Positions 39,901-52,197 of a DNA stretch of 64,000 bases are shown piece after piece. The DNA is from Takakia lepidozioides (taxonomy: Eukaryota > Plantae > Bryophyta). Positions within the stretch are counted from its first letter, which is position 1. Each line of letters opens with the position of its first letter. The notes beneath the pieces were generated by a model. That model did no database searches, had not been told where the DNA came from, and worked only from the letters and a program-made list of their open reading frames with translations. Position numbers and translations under genes: made by a program. The DNA is taken from the NCBI GenBank assembly GCA_030704615.1, contig CM060732.1:38130001-38194000 (forward strand), read 5' to 3'.

Positions 39901-42755
39901 ATAGTTTGTTGGTTTGATCTATACATCTTATATTTCTATGAAATTTGTTTAAAAGGGACTCATCAACATTGTACCTATCTACAGTAGTATCTCAGACTTG
40001 CCGCCAAAAAACCGTTATCTCTAGAAGTGATGGACTTTATGAAAAAGTCCATAAGTTTGTTACAGTCCATACAAAACTTGTTATGGACTCATTATATGTT
40101 AGATTTGTTAATATAATTGGAATAAAGGACTTGGTCCTCCTTGCTATTATGATAAAGAATCTAGTGTGAGAGTTTTTTAATATTTTTTACTCATTAAACT
40201 GAAATTTTATGTACTTTATCAACCTACAAATAACAACCATTTTCAAAAGTCCTTTACCCCATATAAAAACCAAAACACCCCATGAAACTGTCTTCATTAA
40301 ATACAACCATTTATTATAGAGGAAGAGTGGGCAAGATCAAATTTCAAAAACATGTACTTTTGTGATTATGGTCAAGTTTGGATTACGGTCCACCGATGAC
40401 ACATGACGACATATATCCTCCATAGCATCTTTCTTTTTCCCATTGAAATTGACAGTATCCCAACAATAGACGTTCACATGATATAGTGCAAGTGAATCCT
40501 GTTTTTGGCTTTTTGTTTTCACGATTTTTGTTTTTTTATCTTATGTACTTTATGTAGGCCACATCTTCAACTTTTTGGTCCACTCTTTGTTGCAATACCC
40601 TGGAGTCTGTGAGAAGGTGTATGAGCTTGTATACTAGTGGCCATAGAGCCAACATTCCAGTGATGATGTTAAGGGGTTGGTATTTAGATTGTAGGCGGAG
40701 GAGAGAGGGGGGCGGGAGAGGGGTGTAGGTGCATGTGAGTGAGTAGGTGAGGGTGGGAGGGTTGGGGAGCTATGAATCCCGGGAGGGGGGTTATTGCCTT
40801 TAAGGTGGCAGAGAGGATGTCGTTGGATAAAAATGGAATTATTAGAGAGGGCTGGCAGGTCTTGAGTCGGGGAGTAAGTGAGGCAAGATGGTCGCCTAAT
40901 CCAGGTTTGGATTGAGGAGTTGAAACGAGGAGTATAACGAGGAGGTGGTGTGAGGGCTAGGTAATTGTTGGGGAACGGGGGCAATTTATGTAGGTTGCGT
41001 AGTAGGGAACGGAGTTAGGAAATGGAGTGAGATTCAAAGTAGATGTTACATGTCTCGGATAGCGGGGAGGATAGGAATGTATGAGGGGCAAAGAGGATGT
41101 GTTGGGTGGGGAAAACCTTGAGTTTGTGTGTGGCACGGGTAAGAGTTGGGAGATGATAAGCGGGAAGGCCAAAGGTGGAGATTTGGTGTGGAGGGGGAGT
41201 CTGATGTGTGGGGTTAGAGGGAGAAGGTTTGGGGAGGAGGGGGAGACGTGGTCAGATAGGTGTGGTATGGGAGTGAGGGAGATGGTGTGTTTTTTGGAAT
41301 ATAAAGCATCCTGTCTTTGGGCCAGCGGGTAATTGCCAAATGATATCATCTATAGAAGAGGGCCCTGGGTGGATGTCTCTACATCTGAGAAGTACGAGGT
41401 CAATACATGTCACTCTGTATGCCGTGTCGGGTGAGGGGGGATGATGGTAGTAGTGCTTGGATTTTAGAGGGTTTTGAGGGCGGGTTCCATGTGGGTGAAC
41501 GGCGAATGTAAGGGGGTCAATATGTATTTGATAAGGTATTTTGGAAAGGTGGAGATAATTGGGATATGGTTGGATTATGTGAATAGGGAGATAAGGAATG
41601 CGTGGATGGGACATAGATTTGGAGGTTGGTTGGTGAATATGAGGAATTGTGGAGCTGGTGGTTAATGAGTGAATTGGGGATATATATTGGGGATAAATTG
41701 GGTTGGGGTGATAGATATACCAAAACTTTGAAGTTTTTGGCACGATATTTAATGAGGATATTGAGTATTGGGTATAAGGGTGGGGTGGGTGAGTGATTGT
41801 GGATGATGGTCGTGGTGTATTGCGACGGTGGGGGAGGAACTTAGAGGCTCGTTGAAGCTCCTGGTCCTCGTGATGTCATTCCACATGTGCTGAGTGTGCG
41901 CACCTGGAAAACCCCATATAAGACTCGTTCTCGGCAAGTTGGAGTGCTGGGTAGAATGTGCGGAATCATTGGGATATTTTGGCTTGTCTCCAACGCAAGA
42001 GCAGATCAGGGTCATGAGTAGCATGTACCAGACAGCTGCCTACGTATAACGAGTGGTGGGGAAGCCCGGGCCGGTGGCCATCGGAAGGAAGTCGAATAAC
42101 GTTGAAACGGAGCTGGAATGCCTTGCTGAGCACCGAACTGGATTGAAAAAACGCCAAAATCACCTTGATGGCTTGAGTGCAAGTCGTCAAAAAACTGGTC
42201 CAAGGTCAAATAAATCAGATCGTTGCGAGGAGGAGCTTGTAAGGACTACCAAAGAATACCTATGAGGTAGTCCCTCGCCAACGCAGTGTCGACTGTGTAA
42301 AGAGCGGACAAACTCCAAGCTGTAGAAATCAATTAAATGATCATGTAGATAGAAGCATTATAAAGAGCAGCAAGATTGGTACCGCTGCAAAAGAAGCGAA
42401 CTAAGTCACACAACTGAAGCCCGGAGATAAAAGTGTCTAAAGTGGGGGAGACAAGATGAAATGAGGCTACAAAACATTGAGAAGAAGCGCAGTAAGAGCA
42501 TGAACAGGCAGAGAGAGGGCCAAATCAAGCTGTAGTAAGCTAGTAGCGAGCAACAGATTAGAGAGCTTGAGTGGGAGCCATGGCGGCGGGCTTGGCTACA
42601 GCAGATAGTGAGTACTAAACAGGAGGGGCCGCCAGTCAGGGGTAGTAAAAAACACTAGGGATCGGGGGAGGATAGCGGAACCCTATAAAATAGCAGTTAG
42701 CAGGAGATGTAGCAGAGAGTTGAGCGGGAGAGCACGGAGCTCCGCCCTCCCGACA
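33986..42755 (-). mobile_element. Full-length decayed dual-endonuclease LINE (Dualen/RandI-type): APE-RT-chromodomain-PCIF1-like MTase-RNase H-CCHC-RLE
   Basis: APE: IITWNV-like, ILLQE, LAGDFN, SNHYPV. RT: KKGDPTDLSNYRPIALANTIYKLF, IDFKNAF, RGTIQGDTLSPYLF, YAVD. RNase H: YTDSS, HAELMAI, KVRSHTGITGNENADRLA. CPLC..DT..LL..C then RHNHAV. RLE: PDILLV..VEFTYC..KYAPL. (TC)n tail; 4-bp TCAA duplication at 33982-33985 and 42756-42759. Confidence 0.9.
39859..40602. mobile_element. AT-rich insertion splitting the LINE APE domain (hAT-like termini)
   Basis: Abrupt composition change. Ends CAGTGTT... / ...ATACCCTG. APE coding sequence resumes on both sides. No clear TSD. Confidence 0.55.
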
Positions 42756-44584
42756 TCAACGATGTGTGAGTCAAGGGTGATATCTAGCATTGAGTATCTT
42801 TCAACAACTTCTCCCCTCAACAATGTTGCAATCATGGTGAAAATGCTTCAAAGTTGGCAGGAAGACAAGCTCGCAACTGTAAAAAATATAGAAGACAACA
42901 AAATACTAAAAGCTTACAGGTACAAAGAAGAATGTTGGCAAAAATTATCGATGGCATACCTCAAAGCCGTCACATTGAAGGACTACAGAGAGTTATACTT
43001 ACAACTGCCACCGACTTAGTTAATGTTATGTCCTATCTCTCTTTCTCTTTTAATCATTGACATAAAATGTCACATAATGAATGAAACATAATCAAAGTCG
43101 TGAGTAGATTCTGCAATATTGTTGTATATATTTTTAAATTCTGACCATGTCAGTTACAATGTAGGTGGACCAAGGGAAATAGGTGAAAGATCTTCGCAAT
43201 CATTATTTACGATGCAAAACGGAGAAGACGGTGTTATCTCCTCTTAAGATCATCCCAAAGTACAATCTAGATGGGCATGAGCTGATTGATTCCATTGATG
43301 TGGAGCAAGGCGGTCCGACAGTGTCTGCCTTGAGTGCAGCATGGAGACAATTTTTCAATGATATGGGGATAAATCAATTTTTTTGTAAACTCATTACACA
43401 CTCGAATTTTTTTAGTTTTAATCTCAATTACTGTTTAATTATAATCTCTTTCTGCATGATGATTTTGTCTTCTTTGTTGAAATCACTCACACTATTATGC
43501 AATGTACTTAGATTTTCAGATATGCGGTGGGATGCTGCAAATGGGAGAAAGAGGCAATGTTCTTCATTTCAAATCTTTGAGAGGCTGTGTCTTGGATCAC
43601 AGAAGATCATTCTAGGTGAATATGAGATTCAAACTTAATTCCATTTATTGATGGACATCATCTCTCTCTATTGGCGAGATGCATGGACTACTATCTAGAG
43701 CACAAAGACAGGGAGAGAACAAAAAAAGCTAAGAGAGAATCACACACAACGTGTACATGAAATTATGAGATAGATAAACTACAATCATGAATCAAGAGCT
43801 AGATGTATTTTTATTTGTCTTTACAAGATTTGTGAATGATGGCCTATTTGTGGATGGCGGGGAAGACCAATTTCCTTGGACATTTCCTGTTTTTGTTGGC
43901 TGTTCATGGGGTCCGAGTAGCACTATTAGCTACAAATGCCATTATAGCTCATGTGTGTGGTCGAGTGCAAGCAAATGAATTTGACAAAGCTATGGATGGA
44001 AAAATCTGACTACAAATCATATAGCCCGCTTCATAGAGCATGCTAAATGTACTATGAGTTACATATGAGATTGAACAAATGAAGCACAAAAGGCTATACT
44101 TGAGGAGTCAGGATTGGGGGACTTGTCCTACTTAGTATCTCGGATAGTTCCTATTCACACTTTTGTATAATAAATTCCATGCTAGAGAGGGGATATACTC
44201 AAGTTTTATAACTAATAAATAGATTACCATGTCTTGTAGATATATGAAGTTTTAATTGACAAAAGCAGGTTGATTGGTGATGTTGTGCAGGAAGGATCTC
44301 GTTGCAGTATTGAAAGTCTCTTGAGTATATAGAACACATCGACACAGCACATGCCATAAAAAGAACATCAATGACTTGAGCCGCGAGACACTAGATGTGG
44401 TCTTCACTGCGGACCATGGCGTAGAGACAAATGATTTTCTTAATTGTTGCCGCTCGGGGGACTGTCCATGATCATGGAGGTAAGAATGTGTCACAATTTC
44501 ATCTTTAGGGTATGTGTTTTAAATATCTTATAATAGATGCTTGAATTGTATCTCATATGATTTTAGTGACAATGATAATGTAGG

Positions 44585-44967
44585 GCCCTCTAGATAGTTC
44601 GTAGGGCCCTCATGCTTAACAAAACACACCCTTCGAGCTCCTTCTCGATACTAGTGGCCGCCATACGGCCATCACCAACCTGTCAACTCCTCCTCTCCGG
44701 GCTCACTCCTCGTGGGCCGCTAACGAAAGGATTTAGTTGGGTCTCTCTCCGTCAGAGTTTGTGGGTTCGCCTTGCCAATCTTGCCGTGTTAGCTTTATGG
44801 CCCCTTGGGGTTTCATCAGATAGAAGACTCCGGCGGAAGCCGGCGTAACTAAGAGCTACTTCGCCTCACGGCTACTACCCCCTTTCGGGGGTGGGCCCTG
44901 TTTTTTTCCCATCATTAATAAAAATTCGAGGGCTTCTTCCCCTCTTATTAAAACAAAAAAAAAAAAA
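44585..44967 (+). mobile_element. Short poly(A) retroposon containing an antisense copy of the LINE 3-prime end motif
   Basis: A-tail at 44955-44967 and AATGTAGG TSD (44577-44584; 44968-44975). 44822-44899 differs at about 7 of 78 positions from 34001-34078. Confidence 0.7.
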
Positions 44968-46139
44968 AATGTAGGATCGATTTCGCACGGTCAAGTTATT
45001 TCAGTGGCCTGTATTTTTGTACCATGTCTCATGGAGAACGCCATCGAATAATATCGCTTTATAACGGGACCAGAAGTTTTCACCTTCAAAAGCATTCACG
45101 TGATTGGCCAGTCTCATCTGGGCACTGATCGTGCATCCGTGTGTACAAAACTCTCAACATGCCATTATTTGACAGTGAAGAAGAGATGCAAATCAAACTG
45201 AATGTGGCAACTCTCCATTGTGAATGGGGAAAGCATAAACTCTACTGTGGGTGAATCTGGACTAATAGAGTTTAGAGTTGGAGTGTGTCCCTTAGTACTT
45301 AGCCGCCGTTGTCACTTCATTTGTTTTATGATAAAGGCTGGTATGGCCTTTACCTTGCATGTCACACTAGGGCAGGGTGGTAGATAATATTAGCCTTGTT
45401 GGCAGAACTGTGTTTTTTGCAGGAAGCCCCACGTATGATGCCGTTGCTACCAGTGTTGCTATCACTGAGATAGCATTTGCAGCAGAACTGAGGTTGGGGG
45501 ACAACAATGTGAGCAGTAGTGTGGTTCCAAGGGCTGGAGTGTAAATCGGAGGAGACATTGAAGATAGACTGCAGCCTGGCCCAGCGCGCTTGCAGAACTT
45601 CTTTCCCAAAGTGGAAAAGCCCTTGCTGCTGTGAACAGGATGCTGTGAATAGCTATTCAGCACTGAATTCAGAATTTGTGTGGCACACAGCTATGAATGA
45701 TGAAATACACCCAATGAGTTAGATGTCACATACATCACCATCCTCAAATATAGGTTGGGGTCCTTCACTGTGAGTTAAAATACATGCAGTTTTCAATGAG
45801 GTCTGACCACTGGCTATGAGGCACCAAGCATAATCCTTGAGTATATGATCCAGAAAACACTCCCATGGGCTCCCCAGAAGTAAGAAAGTCAGAACAAAGA
45901 TGTAATAGGGTTTAAGATAATCCATTTACAGGTGATGAGTGCTAATTGATAGCTGGCACTGACATATAATGCACAATGTTCATGTTAACACTCCTACTTT
46001 CCTCTTTCAATGTACTGCCTTACATAGCATCCTCATATTATGCTACAAGTGCCAAAAGAGATCTTGTGGACTGTCTCTTGGTCCATATTAGGAGTGGTCA
46101 TGGCGGAGGTGCCTGATTCTATAGACACTGTTGCAGGTG

Positions 46140-46540
46140 CTTCCAGATGACCATCTAAACACTCTTTTGCATCTTTTGACACTCCCACCTTTGGCATACA
46201 TGTCCACAAGGGTAATGACATCTGGTACAATCCCAGCTTTGATCATGTCACCATGGACCTCCTTGCCCTTTTACAGGTCTGCCAGGCTCGCACACGCACG
46301 CAAACGAATGTGACCTGGTTCGGCTTCACCTCTTCCCTTCAGAGCACTCCAGGACACCAAAGTTTGTTCAGCCATAATATTGAGCACTCCATTTGCATCT
46401 TTGATGCTGCCACATTTGGCATGCACGTCCACAAGGGCAGTGTTGAGAATGACATGTGGTACAATTCCAGGTTTCATCATGTCACCATGGTCCTCCTTGC
46501 CCTTTTCCAGGTCTGCCAGGTTTGCACATGCAGCTGTTAC
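46140..46540 (-). pseudogene. PLS-PPR fragment
   Basis: ACANLADLEKGKEDHGDMMKPGIVPHVILNTALVDVHAKCGSIKDA..., followed by a second frameshifted L/S pair. Confidence 0.85.
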
Positions 46541-46929
46541 GACCTCTAATTCGCTATGGAAGCACCAGTGAGCCGTATGGAAGCCAGTGAGCTCAGCTCC
46601 ACCACCCACCCACACCTGAATTAGGACAACATTCTGATTTCCTTCCTAGTCAAAATCCCCCCTTCACTCATTACCGGCTCAAGTGCAATTGTGGGCTCAC
46701 TTCCCACCTATGCTTGATAGACCCCACTATCATTTCCTAGGGACATGCCACAGGAAAAGCCCTCAACAGGTTATCATGGTCAATATCTCAGGAAATGGTA
46801 GATGCACTGAGTAGCAGTACAGATCGCTGAATGCAGATAGCCTATGGGAAGAGGTTGCAAAGAAGTTGCATTTGTGGTGAGAAGTAACCCACCAACTGGC
46901 ATGAAGCTCAAGAAAACCTAAAATCAGCT

Positions 46930-49900
46930 GGTGATGGCAATGGATGGCTTCTCAGACTTCATCTTCAGCCTGACTGTCGCTCATAAGGTTATGATCAGCA
47001 CTCTAAAGCAATTCAGCCCCTGCAATCTACATATTAATTGTTTAGTGGCAGAAGGGAATAGCTCAAAGGACCCACCACAAGCTCGTCATCAATGCGAAAA
47101 AGATAACTGCTGCCGCTGCTTCCAGTTAACCATCTTACCCACGCAGGTTTCTTGTAGCTATCAGTTCACTGGGAATCATGTCATAGGTAATAATGTGCTT
47201 AAAATCTGGACTTCTCGGATGAATCTACACCTGTAAATCCTACCATCGTTCATACAAAACACAAATCCCACTAACTTCGATCATCAGAAATGCCCCATTT
47301 TACCATCTCTTTACCCACAATTTTCAATCCTCTCCCCACCTTCTCTTCACTGTTGTATCCTTCATAACACCAGAATGCCAAGGGTATTCCACTTACAACG
47401 GAAAACCCAGGGCCGACATTCGAGGGTTTCATGACAAGTGCAATGTCTGGGTTGCTTGTCTGAAGTGCATTTGCAGCATCCAGGCCTTTCTGCCTCCTAC
47501 TATTTGTGGACTGATGCCCTTGAGAAATCTTGTGAAATCTCCTTTTCCTCTCACTAGCTGCAGTTTCTTGCTGTTGCACCAAAAGCTGGTCCTCTTTCTG
47601 CACATGAAAGAGAGAGAACTCCAACTTGTCCATTCCAATCAAATTCTAATTAGATTGACAAGAATGATAATCCATGATGGATCCATACCTCCTCTTGACT
47701 CTCCTCTTGGCTCTTTTCTTCCGCTGCCAAAACATTAACCACTATGCCTCTCTGGCCTGCATAATACTAGGCCGCTGTTATGGCCTGAATCGGAGAGTTC
47801 GGTGCTATCGATCTACACGCATCCTCTCCAGGGTTGCAAGACCTCCCACTCTTGCTGGCCACTCCTGTTGCATGCTCCGGAGAAATGCTGGCATCCTTCT
47901 TGGAGGTACTGGGCTTGGTCCACTTGTCAACATTCTAACTCTTGCCTGAGAGTCTAGAGTCCTTCTCATCAAGTATATTAGTTGATTGCACTATACCATT
48001 TCCACAGTTCCCACTGCAGTATCCCTTAAGCTGTACCCTGCCAGTAACTGCCTGCTCATGGCTATGGCCTTCATTCCCAATACAGGCAGAATTAACCACT
48101 CTGAAGTTGTGAACCACAAATGTGATCCTGATTGGATTTCTCAGCTCAAAAACACAAACATCGCCGAGGTTCTGTGCTTGAGAAAACTTCCTCCACCCAA
48201 CATTTAGACGCGTATGCAAATGCTTTGGATACCACAGCACAGAACAATGCTTGCCAATAGTGTCCACCAGCAGTAATTCTGTGTTTGCTTGGGCGAACCA
48301 TTTTTCGCAAAAGCTGCTGGAAAGTGCTAAAAAGCAAGAGGCCCAACATGCCACACAAGTTAGCATGAGATTTTGGAAAGTATTTTGGGCCAGCATGGGT
48401 TACTTCTTTTACATCATCCATTACGATTGAGTCACAACTTCCATTCATCGTGTTGTGGTGAAATGGGACTGCAATGTGATAACAAGGATAAACTTTTAAA
48501 TCTCGTCAAGCCTGAACCAAATGACTAATGGTCAGGGAATTTATGGCATGCATACTTATGCATAGTGGTCCAGCTGGCAACTCCCACCCACTCGTTTCAG
48601 TTCTTGCCACATTCATGTCTCATGCACTGACCATAGCAAAATGCAGCCCAGGTGTTTTGCCAGTTACCAACGAGGGTTAACTTCACTTGAGCATTGGGAC
48701 CTTGTTCCAGAAATCTACCCTGGCAGGTGCTGCAGGGAAGCCCAAGAAACTTTGGTACAAGGTACATCATGAAATTGTATTGTACATAATTCAGGTGTAG
48801 TTGCTCTGCTCCCTGTTCTACTTGTACAACACATTAATTCACTCACCAGGAAGCCGCTGGTGTAGGTCTTGGTCATGATGAGAATAACACTTTGGTTACT
48901 GGTTTTATGTGCACTTGCAGCCTCAAGAGCCTTCACCGTCTTACCTGCTGGAACCTTTGGAGATACTTCTGTCCTTGATGGTGGCAGCAGAACTCCAGGA
49001 ACCTGTTTGAGAGCACCAGCCATGGTCTATGAGAACCAATTCATGACTGAATGCATCTACACTCTAACCAAATTTTGAAAATAAAGTTGGAATTCTGGCA
49101 ATAAGACTCGGGGTCTTGGTACTGGTAATTCGAGCTGTTAATGTTGGCAAGTTTTGCTTATAGACACTAGTTTTAAAATCTGCTTAAGAAGAACGCCTTC
49201 AGCCCCACCGCTAACTTGGTTGCCAAGATACATGCAGCACATAGGATAATGGTGGATTTGACAGAATTAATGAATTGGTGACAGTTTGATTTTCATCAAC
49301 TTCCAGGCTGACCTTAGAATTGTGCTCTAGTTGCTTCAATCCTCTGCTGCTCCCAAAATCAGCTCCAATGTCAATGAGGTCCTGTATCTCAGCACTTCGT
49401 CTCTTGGATTGTGGACTCAAACACCTTTCAGGGTTTGCAAATCGCTGTGGGGTCAGTGAATCCTGCTCAGTATGACGAACCCGAGCTTCTGGGTCAGCTT
49501 CAGCCCTCTTTGGCTGCACCTGTGCGACTACATAGTTCAGTCCTCCCTCTCGCATTTCCAGGTTGATCTCACAGTAAGCTGGAGCAGAGAAGCACTCCAT
49601 GTGGGAGTGCTTCTCCCTTAGACACGGGAGCTTCTCTGCTCCAGCTTGCTGTGAGATCACCCCCTTCCTTCCCATTTTTGAGATAGTTAACGGCGACAAG
49701 GAGCATTGAAAAAGCCTCTTTTACTTTTATAATCTCTCTTTCTCCCAACCCAGAAATTTCCATGTCCAGCTTTGATCATGCCCTCATCTTCCAGTCTCAT
49801 CAGGTCCTCATCGCCCTCTTCTTCCCTCCTGTGCTTGATGAGGTTCTGCCCTAGCTTGGCAGCATGACGTCTCTTCCTCAGAACTTTCATGCGTGAAGCA

Positions 49901-50300
49901 ATGTTCTTCAGATTGACACTCTGTTTCCCAGACTGGTGATTGGTGTGCGGTCTGGGAAACCTATGAAGAACATCTACCCGCAGATTCCTTGTAGCTATCG
50001 ATTACAGGGAATGCAAGAGTCTGCGACGGACACCGAGACACCGTACCCGTCACCGAATAGTATTCCATAGAAAGCTTTATTTTCCCCCTCGAAGCCCGGT
50101 TGCTTGGGGCTGGTGTTTCCTTGTAAACAAAAAAAAAATGTAGCCCGGAATCCCAGCTTTTTAAATGAGAACTAGCAAACCCCAGAAAGCTCCTAAAACT
50201 CATGTTCGTAAGGGAACAGGGTTCACAGTTCGCAGATGTGGGTGCAACGGTGCACATTGTACACAACTGATTTCCGGGGAGGATGTTTCTTCACAAGTGC
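46930..50300 (-). pseudogene. Multi-B3-domain (REM-like) transcription factor gene, probably pseudogenised
   Basis: B3 motif LVDTIGKHCSVLW...LNVGWRKFSQAQNLGDVCVFEL...FVVHNFRV. Repeated ALEAASAHKTSN..ILIMTKT / LDAANALQTSNP..LVMKPSNV exons ending at GTGAG/GTAAG donors. CxxC..H N-terminal segment near 50250. Frameshifts and stops. Confidence 0.7.
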
Positions 50301-51029
50301 AGTTGCGAGCGTGTTGAATTGGGTTGGTGCCATCTTGGTGCAGCGTGCTCTGTCTTGTCCTTCCGGTCAGGGGCGGATGCCTCTCATCATGCAGAGAATC
50401 GACGAGCCGGGCTGTGGAGTGGAAATGGGTGCGCAGCTTGGCAAAATAATCGTTGCAAGTGACGGCTGCGACGTCTCCCCAGCCTACAGGGAAGTTGAAG
50501 AAAGGTATGGACATCCGTAACTCTTGTCGTACTTTTGAGTGAGTTCGCGATAACGATCTAGGCTCCAAGTTGTCCGTGGCCCATCCCGTGAACGCTTTGT
50601 ATCCAGATGGGTAAGGAAGCTAGACCGCAAACACCGCCCACTGTCAGTCCAGTTCCAAGGGTTTAGTGTTGGTGTGAGGTTGGTTAGATTCATTAGATAC
50701 GACGCTGATTTCAGCACTGCTGCCCTAGCCCCCGCTCCATCACATGTGGCTGTGATGATGTTGCCGGTCACAAGGTGCTTGATGAGTGGAGGGGAGTAGA
50801 CAGAGAAATGACGGAACTTGATAATGTCCACCGCAAGGCCAGAGGGAGGGAGGAAGAAGGAATGACTACCTACTAGTCCGCAGGAGACATAGGTTCATTC
50901 ATCGCTGCTGGCACTAGTCTTGCTCTCAGTTATGAAAAGCCAGCAAACAATGTGCTAGTGGTAGGTTGGTGGCAAGGAGTTTGTTTTAGTCTGTTCCCTG
51001 CTATTGGAAAGATACATGGAGCTTCGGTG

Positions 51030-51930
51030 GTTGTAGCCTGCTCTGTGCAAGGTTTGGTTGAAGCAATGGCTGCTCAGCTGCCCTCTGGTGGTTTCACAGA
51101 ATGGTGCAGGATTACCAAACTTCAGACACAAGCACACGTTGGATTGATGGTTGTTTGAACCCTCCTTGGGTGACCACAGAGCTAGCTGCCATGATTCAAG
51201 GGGTTTGGTCCAGACTATGACCAAACAGTGGGTGTAGATTACCGTGACTATCACCCACAACCAGCCTGGTTTGAATGGTAGCTTTGGCCACAATCAGGTT
51301 CTTACTAAACTTCTGCCGCATCTGCAAAATTATGGTAGGCTTGTATGGTTCTTGTGCGCATGAAGCAGGGATAAAGCAAAGAGCAACCTGCAACTTCTAG
51401 CATGCCTCATAGAGACGGAGGCAACTGGAATATTGCAAAGGTCTGGCAGTCTTGTAGTTCATGTATGCAGGTCAGGCAATGAGCAAGACACGCCTCTGGC
51501 AGGAATTCTTCTCAGATCCTTGGAAGTGGTGTGATAAGGTGAGAATATCTTCATTTAGAAGGTGAATGAGTTGTCAAGGAGGGCTCACTGCTGAAGCTGA
51601 CATACTCACGTATTGTGGATTGGATTGTAAATTAATAACAGATTTAGTTCTGAAAAAGAAGCTAAAAAGTGGTTCTTTACTCTAGGAAGTATGTTAGTCA
51701 AAAGTAGGGTTTCCCCCGTTATTGAAAGATGCTTGGACCTTGGGTAGTTGTAGCCTTGTCTGTGAGGCTGTGGTTGACGGTATGGCTGCTCAGCTGCCCA
51801 CTCCTGGTTTTTACAGAAAAGTCAGAGATTGCCAGGCTTCAGACGCAAGCGCAGAAATGGGGTGCTTTGGATTGAGCATTGGTCGCTCTCTCCATGGTTG
51901 AAAACAGAGCTCTTAGCCTTGATACAAGGT
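51030..51930 (+). repeat. Diverged direct duplication upstream of the PPR gene (~51030-51200 vs ~51748-51930)
   Basis: GTTGTAGCCT...ATGGCTGCTCAGCTGCCC...CTTCAGAC occurs in both copies. Confidence 0.7.
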
Positions 51931-52197
51931 CAAGCACAATCTACTGAGTGGTCCAATGTGAATGTATATCGTGAAGCTACAGCCCGTGAATACATCTGGT
52001 ATTGTCTTGACAATATTCATGGGTTCCAACCCAAACATGTAGCATTTGTACCATTTATTCTCTAACTATAAGACTCTGGTATTTTTGACCTCTTCATGTG
52101 TAGCCCCAAGCCTGTATTCATAGAGAGATATTTTCTTGACTTATCAATGAGCTAGGAGATACAATACGCCAGTTGATTGTAAGTTGTAAGTAAAGAT

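Larger units (their letters stand above)
32930..44470 (+). pseudogene. Unknown multi-exon host gene, split by the LINE
   Basis: Removing the LINE joins ...AVSRTLAQHFLLS to TMCESRVISSIEYL... in frame. AG acceptors at ~33178, ~43164 and ~43519. In-frame stops are present. Confidence 0.5.

Noticed and set aside
42415-42440. Twister-like AAGCCCGGAGATAAAAGTG
   Set aside because: Only a partial motif, antisense to the LINE, with no P1 or pseudoknot partners.
43520-43990. DNA methyltransferase motifs in the late exons of the LINE-interrupted gene
   Set aside because: Only vague WD and LD resemblances. No DPPY or FxGxG motif in any frame.
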